Made by a program: the position numbers and the translations under genes. Under the pieces are notes generated by a model that worked only from the letters and a program-made list of their open reading frames with translations, was not told the DNA's origin and did not search any database. Below are positions 30,848 through 40,388 of a stretch of DNA of 64,000 nucleotides, in pieces; positions within the stretch are counted from its first letter, which is position 1, and each line of letters starts with the position of its first letter. Location of the stretch: the NCBI GenBank assembly GCA_022822665.1, contig JAJEAR010000030.1, forward strand, positions 64,363 through 128,362, in the 5' to 3' direction. Source of the DNA: Alphaproteobacteria bacterium. GTDB taxonomy: Bacteria; Pseudomonadota; Alphaproteobacteria; Thalassobaculales; Thalassobaculaceae.

Positions 30848-31678
30848 TCCGACGGCGCGTCGACGTCCCCGGAACCCGGGCCTGGCCGTCGGCGTGGCTG
30901 ATCGCGGGAGTGTACGTGAACCCGTGAGGCCCGACGGATGTCGTCCGGACCATGCCGACCGCCACCCTGCGGCCGGCGGTCCGCTTTGGGGCGACGGGTT
31001 GGCATCGGGCGCATGTGTCGGTGGGCCGTCGCCAGCAACGGAAACCTGGCTCCCGGAGGGCCTCGACAGTGGCTCACGGAACCGCGATGGCCGTGTTCGC
31101 GCAGTCGGGGATGGCTTGTGCACCGGCCCCGGTTCTGCCATACAGCGCCGCCGAACCGTCGTGACCGGGCTTGCATGCTCCGGCAGACCGGTGTGGACAG
31201 GCAGTTTGCGAGAGAGGGACGATGCACTTGTTTCAGCGTCACAACGGCACAGGGAATGCGGGGTGTCCAGCTTCGCTTGCCGGTGCCCGCGGGTCCTCTT
31301 CGGGGGCAAGGCGAAACAGCGTTTCATGACTATCGATACCGGAAAGCACCGACTCCCGACAGGGTCGCGCCTCGTTCGGAGTGAAGTGAGACCGGAAGCC
31401 GAATGCTCGTCCGGCCCTGGCGACAGGGACCTGGGGTCGCCGGCCGTGGCGGATCCCCTGGCCTGTATCTTTTCACCCTTGAGCGCCTGCGGCCGGTCCC
31501 GCGATCCCACGGGTTTTGCCGCTTCGCGCTGATTGGGTTCTTGTGGACCCTTGAGCCGCGCGTGCGCTTGAGGGGCGGCTGACCGCACCTCCCACCAAAC
31601 AAACCGCAGCGAATTTCGAACATGCGCCGGGGCGCAATGGAACCCGTGCGCGCTTGACCCGGCACAGCAGGGAACTCC

Positions 31679-33061
31679 ATGACACGATCCAGACGCCAGT
31701 TTCTTTCCGTCGCCGCCTCCACTCTCGCCTTAGCGGGATGTGTCGGTCCCCGAGTCGCGGCCCACGGGCACCGGTCCTCCTACACCAGCCAGATCCTGAA
31801 GCCCGGGAAAGACAATACCGTCTTCTGCTGGATGGACACGGCGCTCCAGCAGGTGCGTGACCAACGTGTGCTGACACCCCGTGCCGCCTACAACTACGGA
31901 CTTGCCACAGCCGCCGGATTCCTGGCGGCGAACGGCATCGTGCAGGCTTGGGAAGAGCCTTTTGGCATCGGTGAGGGTCCGCGGGACGCCGACCCCGAAG
32001 TCGCGTACGGCATCGCTTTCGCAAAGGCCGCCGCGGAAGCCTTCCAGACTCCGTTCCTGTTCGAGCGCATGTCGTTTCTCTCAGGTTTCCCTGGCAGCGA
32101 GGCGAAGTCGCTTGGCGTGACCTGGGGCGAGGCGGCCGCGCGCAGGGTGCTGGAGATGCGCACCGGCGACGGCTCGGAGCCGAGCAAGGCGAACTACTAT
32201 CTCGGCCGCTACGGGCGGCGTACCGATCCGCTTCGCTGGCGGCCGACCGGCCCGTTCTACGGTGCGAGTCCCGGTCCGGCCTTTCCCTCTTTCGACCGGG
32301 GCCTGTTTCCGGGGCACGGCATGATCATTCCCTGGACGATGAAGAGCGGAGAGCAGTTCCGCGTCGCCGCCTTCCATGACCCGGCGAGCCCGGAGTTCGC
32401 CGAGACCTTCGACACCGTTCGTCGCCTGGGCGGTGCGGACAGCACCATTCGCACGGCAGACCAGTCGGAAATCGCGCTGTTCTGGGAAGACGGTCCCTGG
32501 GGCATCACCCCGCCGGGGCACTTTCTCTACATCGCCATGCAGCTGCTGCAGGAACGGGACCTCCCCTTCATCGAACTCGCCCGCGCCTTCGCGCTGCTCG
32601 GCATGACACAGTGCGACGCCTCCATATGCGCCTGGGACAACAAGTACCACCACGACGTGCTGCGGCCGGAAAGCGCGATCCGGGCCCGCGCTCCCGCGCT
32701 GGGCAATCCGGACCCGCGGGTCGAGCGTGATCCGGGATGGCGAAGCTTCATCCCGACGCCCGAGTTTCCGGCCTACACGTCGGGGCATTCGACTTTTGGA
32801 GCCGCGGCTGCCGAGATGCTCGCGTTGATCCTGGGACGCGACGACATCGCCTTCTCGGGCCGCTCGCCCGACGAGGTGCTGTGGCCGCAGCTCAGGGGTG
32901 TCGTCCGGCACTGGACCGGGCTTGCGCACATGGCGGAAGAGAACGGCATGAGCCGCATCTACGGCGGCGTGCACTGGGACATGGACCACAGTGCCGCGAT
33001 GACGGCCGGCAGCGCGCTCGCCCGGCAGGCCTTTCACACGACCTTTCCCCGGAAGGCGTAA
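31679..33061 (+). CDS. Tat-exported PAP2 superfamily / vanadium-haloperoxidase-like protein
   Basis: It has a twin-arginine signal (MTRSRRQFLSVAASTLALAGC) and a C-terminal acid-phosphatase/haloperoxidase motif set (PEFPAYTSGHSTFGAAAAE...SRIYGGVHW). Confidence 0.75.
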   Translation: MTRSRRQFLSVAASTLALAGCVGPRVAAHGHRSSYTSQILKPGKDNTVFCWMDTALQQVRDQRVLTPRAAYNYGLATAAGFLAANGIVQAWEEPFGIGEGPRDADPEVAYGIAFAKAAAEAFQTPFLFERMSFLSGFPGSEAKSLGVTWGEAAARRVLEMRTGDGSEPSKANYYLGRYGRRTDPLRWRPTGPFYGASPGPAFPSFDRGLFPGHGMIIPWTMKSGEQFRVAAFHDPASPEFAETFDTVRRLGGADSTIRTADQSEIALFWEDGPWGITPPGHFLYIAMQLLQERDLPFIELARAFALLGMTQCDASICAWDNKYHHDVLRPESAIRARAPALGNPDPRVERDPGWRSFIPTPEFPAYTSGHSTFGAAAAEMLALILGRDDIAFSGRSPDEVLWPQLRGVVRHWTGLAHMAEENGMSRIYGGVHWDMDHSAAMTAGSALARQAFHTTFPRKA

Positions 33062-33065
33062 AGCC

Positions 33066-34094
33066 ATGCGACTCCGCAAGACCATGCTCCCTTTGCTTTC
33101 CGGTGTGGCCCTTGCCGCTCCCGTGATGATCGGCGGCACGGCCCTGGCACAGGACATTCCGCTCAGTTACGAACGCCTGTCGTCGATGGAGGAGCCATTC
33201 GTTGCCGAACTCGGCGACGTGACCCTGGTGCTGAACGGGGTGCTCGACGGCGCGTTCGTCCACGATACCGAAAGCTCCACGGATGCCAGGTTCACCGGCA
33301 ATGTCGAGATCAGCGCGCACGCCCAGCTCGCCAATCGCTGGCGCGTCGGCGCGCAGTATTTCGGACAGTATTCCACCATGGACGATTTCGATGGCCGTGT
33401 CGGGGACACCTATTCCGACAATGCGGCGCTGACCGCGGGCAGCGTCTGGGGGACCCTTGCCGCGGGCAACGTATCCGGTGTGGTCAGGGAGCAGACACGC
33501 CGCCTGCGCGGGATCGGTAACGGCGCTCTCGCCTTCGATGGCTTTCTCGGCGCGATCGGCGACGTGGGCGCCGCATACTCCGGTCGCTTCGGGCCATGGG
33601 TCATCTCCGGCGCGATCGACCCGGAAGGCCGGTTCGATCTCGGCGCCATGTCACAACGCCCGCACGGCACCAGGGACCTCCGTCTGTCGTTTCGCGCCAT
33701 CTCCGGCGACTACACCGACGCGGACGGCTCACGCGGATTTCACACCGCGGGCGCCGGTGTCGTCGGGGAGCTGATCTACGGCAGCAGCGCATTCGACCTG
33801 GGTACCGGGTACGAGCGATTCGCAACGAGCGGGCCGAATGCAGGGCGCTGGTACGTCTCGGCGGGTGCGCGCACCAAGACCGGCATGCTGAGCCTGTCTC
33901 TCGAAGGACACTACGGCCGCATCGGCGACGCAGAAGAGGTATCCGCTGCCCTTGGCGCCCGGTACGACGTGGCCCGCGGCCTGTCAGCCAATCTCGGCGT
34001 CAACCACGCAAGCGCCGAGGCCACCACCGGCGGGGTCAGGATCACGGATACCGAGGAGACCAAGACCGTCGTCTCCATGCGTTACAGCTTCTGA
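33066..34094 (+). CDS. Outer-membrane beta-barrel porin
   Basis: It has a signal peptide (MLPLLSGVALAAPVMIGGTALAQ), an alternating amphipathic pattern and a C-terminal ...VVSMRYSF ending in an aromatic residue. Confidence 0.7.
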   Translation: MRLRKTMLPLLSGVALAAPVMIGGTALAQDIPLSYERLSSMEEPFVAELGDVTLVLNGVLDGAFVHDTESSTDARFTGNVEISAHAQLANRWRVGAQYFGQYSTMDDFDGRVGDTYSDNAALTAGSVWGTLAAGNVSGVVREQTRRLRGIGNGALAFDGFLGAIGDVGAAYSGRFGPWVISGAIDPEGRFDLGAMSQRPHGTRDLRLSFRAISGDYTDADGSRGFHTAGAGVVGELIYGSSAFDLGTGYERFATSGPNAGRWYVSAGARTKTGMLSLSLEGHYGRIGDAEEVSAALGARYDVARGLSANLGVNHASAEATTGGVRITDTEETKTVVSMRYSF

Positions 34095-34104
34095 GGCGGT
34101 TCCG

Positions 34105-34443
34105 TCACGACATGTCGTCAAGTGTCGTCGGTTCCGGCGGGCCGTCCACCACCCGGCGCACCCGCTCGCGGAACGATGCGATCACCCCGGCCAACTCCGT
34201 CCGGCCCAGCAACACTGCCTTTGCCGCAGCCTGGGCCGGATGTCCTTCGTCCGCCTTGGGTTTCACCGGTGTGCTCGTGAGATCCGGCCACCCAGCCATG
34301 TCAAAGACTGCATCCCGTGCCAGACCGGGGATCTGCGCGGCCATGTCATCGTTCTTCTTTTCGATCTCGGATGCCCAGACGTTCAGGGTTCCACCCGGAC
34401 GCGCGACGGCGGCCGGAACGTCCGGTGGCCGGAACTCGTACAT
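34105..34443 (-). CDS. Hypothetical protein, or possibly the third fragment of the broken NTase-HEPN locus upstream
   Basis: ORF 34105..34485 has a protein-like composition (MYEFRPPDVPAAV...EIEKKNDDMAAQIPGL...). I recognise no motif. Confidence 0.35.
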   Translation of the reverse strand: MYEFRPPDVPAAVARPGGTLNVWASEIEKKNDDMAAQIPGLARDAVFDMAGWPDLTSTPVKPKADEGHPAQAAAKAVLLGRTELAGVIASFRERVRRVVDGPPEPTTLDDMS

Positions 34444-34669
34444 CACCACAAGCCGACAATGTTGCCAGGCAGCGCCAAGCCCCATTACGGCATCTTCTCA
34501 AGGCGTCACAATCACCCAACCCGTAACGGAAGCCGTGATGGCCCCCAGGATCTTCTGAACCAACCACGCGTGGGGGCGCCGTGCCCGCCACGGGCGCGGA
34601 GGCTCGTGGCCGACGAAGAGACCCGGGGCAACCGGCTGTGGAAAATCGCGCTTCACGGGGAACGCTCCA

Positions 34670-35317
34670 TTACGGAAGAGCACCTTCATCGGGCCGCTGC
34701 GCGGCGAAGGCTGCGACCGGTCGGGCGATGTCGTGGCTGCGGTCAGCGGGCACGCCGCGTCTCTCCTTCGCCGCCTTGACCAGCAACTCGGCGGCGTCTG
34801 CGCTGTTTCGCAACAGGTGCGAGCAATTCCTGCCGCTGCCAGCCCACAGTGGTCTCTGCGCAATCTTCCAAATCGGCGCAATGGCGGCATCGGCCGGCGT
34901 TACCACCAGCCCCATCCTGTACGTCCAGTCTTCCGGGTTCATGGCGGCATCCCTTTCCATTCGCGCCGGTTCCGGTCTGTTCCAGTCGCCCGCGAGTACC
35001 CTGCCGTCGCGGCAGATGACGTAGGGGAGGGTGCCGAGAGTACAGGCGCGCCGCCGCAGATGATTCTCGGACAGCGCCCAGACATCGACATGGGGCAGAT
35101 CGGCCAGCATCTCCTGTCGCGGAAACACCGACGTCGCCAGATCCGGATGACGGGGTGTGTCGCCCTCAAGCACGATGGCGATGTCCCTGTCGCTGTCGGG
35201 TCGCTGCGTTCCGCGCGCCCTGGAACCAAACAGCACTGCGGCCTGGGCACGTGGCCACAGACGAAGCGTCTCCCGACAGGCGGCGGCCAGGTCCCGTTCG
35301 GTAATGACAGCTGACAT
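34670..35317 (-). CDS. Nucleotidyltransferase (MNT-like)-HEPN fusion protein, paralog of 27941..28929; C-terminus probably frameshifted
   Basis: ORF trimmed to ATG 35317 (MSAVITERDLAAACRETLRLWPRAQAAVLFGSRARGTQRPDSDRDIAIV...). It shares GRVLAGDW(N/S)RP and the HEPN-like AAELLVKA...RSHDI with the paralog. The sequence after the stop continues HEPN-like in another frame (..FRNGA..). Confidence 0.7.
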   Translation of the reverse strand: MSAVITERDLAAACRETLRLWPRAQAAVLFGSRARGTQRPDSDRDIAIVLEGDTPRHPDLATSVFPRQEMLADLPHVDVWALSENHLRRRACTLGTLPYVICRDGRVLAGDWNRPEPARMERDAAMNPEDWTYRMGLVVTPADAAIAPIWKIAQRPLWAGSGRNCSHLLRNSADAAELLVKAAKERRGVPADRSHDIARPVAAFAAQRPDEGALP

Positions 35318-35937
35318 CGGTCCCCTCCCGGGCGTCCCCGCGGAAGAGTGCCAGTATAGCGCAGGGGACGGTGCACTGGCCCCGGCGGCGACCACTCGAA
35401 GGACATCGGGCCAGGAACGTCGGCGGTGCTGAACGGGCAGGGTCGTCGAGATCGGTTCAGCCAGCCAGGGCGGGACCGGAACCGCCAGGACTGCCTTGTC
35501 GATCACCCTGTACCACGCGGGCTCGCCCCTGATCCCGGTTTCCACCTGCGTCCTCTCGGTCGCGCTCCCTGACTGGCGGGGCTCATTCAATCCGGCTTGC
35601 CGACATGCCGGCTTCACGCCGTGCTTCCCGGTGTTCCGGCGGTGCCGCAACGGCAGCTGGGCGCGGTCGGTTATCCGAGCGCGGTGGTCGAAGCCATGCG
35701 GTCCGGATTGAAGCGGTGCCGACCGGCTCCTGCGACGTGGTCAGGCTGGACACGCTCCGGTTCGACGGATAGGGTATTGGCCTGCGGACCTGCTTTCGGT
35801 CCGTGCCATGTGCGGAACCCTTACCGGTTCGTGCCATGACCTGTTCCGCGGCACCCCGGCGCTCGTCGCCGGGGTGTCTGCGTTTGGGCTGCCAGATTTC
35901 CGGCCTGCTCCAGGTGTGCCACCTTGTGGAGACGAGG

Positions 35938-37311
35938 ATGAAACCCGTTGATTCGGTACTGAAACTGATCGGCAACACCCCGGTTCTCGAACTCAGCCGG
36001 CTGGATGCCGGACCCTGCCGGCTGTTCGTCAAGCTGGAGAACCAGAATCCGGGCGGATCCATCAAGGACCGGATCGGGCTGGCGATGATCGAGACCGCCG
36101 AGCGCGATGGCAGGCTTCGCGAGGGCGGGGTCATCGTCGAGGCGACCGCCGGCAACACCGGTCTCGGCCTCGCGCTGGTTGCGGCGAGGAAGGGCTACCG
36201 CCTGATCCTGGTCATTCCCGACAAGATGGGCCTCGACAAGATCCGTCACCTGAGGGCGCTTGGCGCGGAGGTGCGGCTTTCCCGCTCGGATGTCCCGAAG
36301 GGTCACCCCGAGTACTACCAGGACATGGCGGAGCGGATCGTGGCCGAGACGCCGGGCGCGTTCTGGGCCAGCCAGTTTGACAATCCGGCCAACCCGCAGG
36401 CCCACGAGACAACGACGGGCCCGGAGATCTGGGAACAGATGAACGGCGATGTCGACGCGCTGGTCGCCGGCGTCGGGTCCGGCGGCACGATTACCGGCAC
36501 CGGCCGGTTTCTGAAGCGCATGAATCCCGATCTCAAGGTGGTGGTCGCGGATCCGGTCGGGTCCGTGGTCGGCCCGGCGGTGATGACCGGCGAGGTGAAC
36601 TACGAGGGCGGGTCCTGGCTGGTTGAGGGCATCGGAGAAGACTTCATTCCCGACAACCTTGATCTCTCTCTCATCGACGACGCCGAGATCGTACCCGATT
36701 CGGAAGCCTTCGCGGCCATCAACATGTTGTTGAGCGAAGAGGGCATCCTCGCCGGCAGCTCGACCGGAACACTGCTGGCGGGGGCGCTTCGGTGGTGCCG
36801 GCGCCAGACCCGGCCGATGCGGGTGGTCACCTTCGTGTGCGACACCGGAAACAAGTACCTGGGCCGGGCCTTCGACCCGGCATGGATGGTGGAACAGGGA
36901 CTTGTCGAACGCGCCATGGCGGGAGACCTTCGCGACCTTATCGTCAACCAGGCCGATCAGGGCCGGGTGATTTCGGTGTCGCCGTCCGACACCCTGAACA
37001 CGGCCTACAGCAGGATGCGCGCCAACGAAATCAGCCAGGTGCCGGTCCTGGCAGATGACGGGTCGGTCGTCGGGGTGCTGGACGAGGAGGATATCCTGCT
37101 GGCGGTGCATGGCCAGCCGGAAGTCTTCAATGACCCGGCAAGCCGGCACATGACCGAGCGGCTCGACCTGATGCCTGTCAATGGCCGGCTGGCCGACCTG
37201 GTGGCACTGTTTCGTGCCGACAAGGTCGCGATCGTGGTAGATGGTACGCGGTTCCTCGGAATCATCACCAGGGTCGATCTCATCAACCACATGCGCCGCG
37301 CCCTGTCCTGA
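35938..37311 (+). CDS. Cystathionine beta-synthase (PLP fold-type II core + C-terminal CBS-domain pair)
   Basis: ORF 35803..37311 trimmed to ATG 35938 (MKPVDSVLKLIGNTPVL...). It has KLENQNPGGSIKDR and EATAGNTG, with a tandem CBS pair in the last ~130 aa. Confidence 0.85.
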   Translation: MKPVDSVLKLIGNTPVLELSRLDAGPCRLFVKLENQNPGGSIKDRIGLAMIETAERDGRLREGGVIVEATAGNTGLGLALVAARKGYRLILVIPDKMGLDKIRHLRALGAEVRLSRSDVPKGHPEYYQDMAERIVAETPGAFWASQFDNPANPQAHETTTGPEIWEQMNGDVDALVAGVGSGGTITGTGRFLKRMNPDLKVVVADPVGSVVGPAVMTGEVNYEGGSWLVEGIGEDFIPDNLDLSLIDDAEIVPDSEAFAAINMLLSEEGILAGSSTGTLLAGALRWCRRQTRPMRVVTFVCDTGNKYLGRAFDPAWMVEQGLVERAMAGDLRDLIVNQADQGRVISVSPSDTLNTAYSRMRANEISQVPVLADDGSVVGVLDEEDILLAVHGQPEVFNDPASRHMTERLDLMPVNGRLADLVALFRADKVAIVVDGTRFLGIITRVDLINHMRRALS

Positions 37312-37361
37312 ACCCCTCAGGGGGAATCGGACGGATGCCCGCCTCCGCACCCCGGGATGCC

Positions 37362-38528
37362 ATGACACAGAAGCCCAACCGCCCCGGTTTCGCGACCCGG
37401 GCAATCCATGCCGGTCAATCGCCCGATCCGACCACCGGGGCGATCATGACCCCGATCTACGCCACCTCGACCTATGTCCAGGAAAGCCCCGGGATCAACC
37501 GGGGCTACGAGTATTCTCGCACCGGAAATCCGACCCGGGCGGCAATGGAGGCCTGCGTTGCCGATCTCGAGAACGGGGCCAGGGGATTCGCCTTCGCCTC
37601 CGGGCAGGCGGCGATGGGAACCCTGCTGGAGTTGCTGGACACAGGCGACCACGTGATCGCGATGGACGACCTGTACGGTGGCTCGTACCGGTTGTTCGAA
37701 AACGTCCGCCGGCGCTCCTCCGGGCTTACCTTCAGTTTCGTCGACCTGTCGGACCCGGACCGCCTCAAGGCGGCCCTGACCGACAGGACCCGGATGATCT
37801 GGGTCGAGACGCCGACCAACCCCCTGCTCAAGCTGGTCGACCTCGAGGCGGTTGCGGCACTCGCGGCACGTCACGGGGTGATGACGGTGTGCGACAACAC
37901 CTTTGCCTCTCCGTGGATCCAGCGTCCGCTCGACCACGGTTTCGACATCGTGATGCACTCGACGACCAAGTACCTGAACGGCCATTCGGACATCGTCGGT
38001 GGTATTGCCGTCGTCCGGGAAGGACGCGAGGAACTGGCCGGGCGGATCGGCTACCTGCAGAACGCGATTGGCTCGGTGCCAGGGCCGTTTGACAGTTTCC
38101 TGGTCCTTCGTGCGCTCAAGACGCTGCCGATTCGCATGGAACGGCACTGCGAGAACGCGGCCCGGGTTGCCGCCTTCCTCGAGGCGCACCCGAGGGTGGA
38201 GCGGGTGTGGTACCCGGGACTGGCGAGCCACCCGCAACACGAGCTCGCGCAACGGCAGATGCACGGGTTCGGGGGCATGGTGACGGCGATCATTTCCGGA
38301 GGGCTCGAGGATGCACGCCGGTTCCTCGAGCGGTGCACGCTGTTTGCGCTGGCCGAGTCACTCGGGGGTGTCGAGAGCCTGATCGAGCACCCGGCGATCA
38401 TGACCCACGCCTCTGTGCCGCGCGAGGTGCGCGAAAGCCTCGGAATATCGGATGGACTGGTGCGCCTGTCAGTCGGGATCGAGGATGGCGACGATCTGAT
38501 CGCCGAACTGTCCCAGGCGCTGGGATGA
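37362..38528 (+). CDS. Cystathionine gamma-lyase/gamma-synthase family PLP enzyme (gamma-lyase inferred from the CBS partner)
   Basis: [10 protein letters not shown]..., YSRTGNPT and the PLP-lysine context [12 protein letters not shown] are present. It lies directly downstream of the CBS gene. Confidence 0.88.
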   Translation: MTQKPNRPGFATRAIHAGQSPDPTTGAIMTPIYATSTYVQESPGINRGYEYSRTGNPTRAAMEACVADLENGARGFAFASGQAAMGTLLELLDTGDHVIAMDDLYGGSYRLFENVRRRSSGLTFSFVDLSDPDRLKAALTDRTRMIWVETPTNPLLKLVDLEAVAALAARHGVMTVCDNTFASPWIQRPLDHGFDIVMHSTTKYLNGHSDIVGGIAVVREGREELAGRIGYLQNAIGSVPGPFDSFLVLRALKTLPIRMERHCENAARVAAFLEAHPRVERVWYPGLASHPQHELAQRQMHGFGGMVTAIISGGLEDARRFLERCTLFALAESLGGVESLIEHPAIMTHASVPREVRESLGISDGLVRLSVGIEDGDDLIAELSQALG

Positions 38529-38554
38529 CGCGCGCGAGATCAGGGAAGAGCAGG

Positions 38555-39228
38555 ATGAAACTGTATGGGTTCGGCCCGGCGGCAAACGCGCAGCGGGTCC
38601 AGGTGTTCCTGGCGGAGAAGGGGATCGAGATGCCCTTCGCCGAGGTCAACGTGCGCGACCGCGATCAGTGCTCGAAGCCCTGGGCGAGCATGAACCCGTT
38701 CAATTGAGTGCCCTTTCTCGAGCTTGATGACGCCACCGTCATCGCCGAGTCCATGACCATATGCCGATACATCGAGGAGTTGCGCCCCGAGCCGTCGCTG
38801 TTCGGGCGCACACCGCGCGAGCGGGTGGAGATCGACATGTGGTGTCGCCGGATCGAACTCGACGGGTTCCTGCCCATGCTCCACGCAGTCCGCAACCACG
38901 TGCCCATGTTCTCGGGCAGGGTTATCCCGGGGACACGGAGTGACCGGCTCAGCTGCCGGTCATGGTTCGGCGGGGAAGCGAGACGATGGAGGTGTTCGTT
39001 GGCCGTTTCGAGCCGCACATGGCGGACCGCGGGTTCGTGGCCTGTGACCGCATTACCGCCGCCGATATCGTCGACTTCATCGCGATTCCCACCACCGGCG
39101 TGGTCGGGATGGCAATCGGGGACCGGTTTCCCGCGGTTGCACGCTGGTTTGCACCCTGTTCCAGTCGGCCCGCGTTTCAACCTGCAGGGCCCGGTTCCCC
39201 GGTCTCCCGCCTCGGTCAGCGACGTTGA
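38555..39228 (+). pseudogene. Glutathione S-transferase, disrupted (in-frame TGA at 38705-38707, frameshift near 38930-38945)
   Basis: MKLYGFGPAANAQRVQVFLAEKGI...NPFN*VPFLELDDATVIAESMTICRYI is continuous in one frame apart from the stop. The GST C-terminal domain (MEVFVGRFEPHMADRGFVACDRITAADIV...FPAVARWF) lies in a different frame (ORF 38962..39228). Confidence 0.75.
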
Positions 39229-39563
39229 TCACCTATTGACGACGACCCACGTTGCCCACACTATGTGGAAGTCTGCACAAGACGCTGTAGAGGATCAGTT
39301 CTTGTTCGCTACATAAGGGAAGCAACGCCCATGGCCTCCGCGCAGCGTGATCCGGATCTTCAATCGGCAGGAAACCATGCGGACCACCCCCCACGGGCGA
39401 TGGCGCCTGTCGGGCTTCCCAAGGAGGATACGGATGTGATCGGGGATGCGGTTGCCGCGTTTCTGGTTGGCCAGGACCTCGGGCTCTGGAGATGCTCCTG
39501 AACCCTGGTCCGGAATGCCTCAAACAGCGCCTGTGAACTGCCGGACGATCCGGGGTCGGTGGA

Positions 39564-40388
39564 TCACGCGCCGATCACGACCGGGCTCACCAGCTGGCGT
39601 ATTGTCTTCATGACTGCCATCGCAACGATCTGGCCCGTCTTGCGGTTGGTCGGCGAGACCGCGATATCCTCGCGGAAGGAAAACGACCCGAAGGCGCCGG
39701 TTGCGTGAACTTCGCAGACATGGGTGTCAATCTGCGGGTCGGCGATGATGGTCAGGTGTGTCCGGTCAAGTCCGAGCCCGGCCAGCGAAACCGCCGCGGA
39801 GATGTTTACGTTCTGCGGGTAGAGCAGGGCGCCCTCGCGCGGTGTTCCCTCGAATATGACCGTCGGCCCGGTGAGCGCGGCAAGGTCGTGCTCGCCCTCC
39901 GCCCGCGTTCCGTACCAGGCGGACGGATCCTTGCGCACGATCATGTTGACCTCGTCGAGACCGCCAACCGCTGCCGCTGACAGGGTGTCGAGGGCGCCGA
40001 TGCCGGCGGATGGAATGATCAGGCGCGCGCCCGAGCGTTCAGCGGCCCCGACGCACCGGCGGTAGAGGTCATCGTCGCAGAACGCGCCGACCGAGGTGAC
40101 GATGAGGTCGGCGCCGGATGCGAGAATGCGTTCGCCGAGATCCCGCACCGCAGCGTGGCCGGCGCCCTCAAGTACGGCGTCGAACCGGTGCGCCAGGAAC
40201 CGCGCGGGATCGTGGGTGACGGGAACATCGCCAGGCTCCGTTCTGGGAGTGCGGACGAGTACCGACTCGACGGTGATCCTGTCTGCGAGCGAGGTTCTGA
40301 TCATCCCGAGCACGTCAAGACCGATCGCTCCCATCCCGATCAGCCCGAGGGCGAGGGGCCTGCTGTCTCTCGTTGCCGACACTCCCAT
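39564..40388 (-). CDS. Aspartate dehydrogenase-like protein (NadX/DUF108 family)
   Basis: ORF trimmed to ATG 40388 (MGVSATRDSRPLALGLIGMGAIG...). SAGIGALD and ...PTNRKTGQIVAMAV are typical of the family. The length is ~274 aa. Confidence 0.75.
   Translation of the reverse strand: MGVSATRDSRPLALGLIGMGAIGLDVLGMIRTSLADRITVESVLVRTPRTEPGDVPVTHDPARFLAHRFDAVLEGAGHAAVRDLGERILASGADLIVTSVGAFCDDDLYRRCVGAAERSGARLIIPSAGIGALDTLSAAAVGGLDEVNMIVRKDPSAWYGTRAEGEHDLAALTGPTVIFEGTPREGALLYPQNVNISAAVSLAGLGLDRTHLTIIADPQIDTHVCEVHATGAFGSFSFREDIAVSPTNRKTGQIVAMAVMKTIRQLVSPVVIGA

Noticed and set aside
29903-31588. ORFs of 561 aa (minus) and 475 aa (30105..31532, plus) spanning the amidase and the downstream gap. The same judgement applies to the similar ORFs 35821..37404 -, 45214..46638 + and 52389..53861 -.
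   Set aside because: They have low-complexity GC-driven translations and overlap genes with strong signatures.
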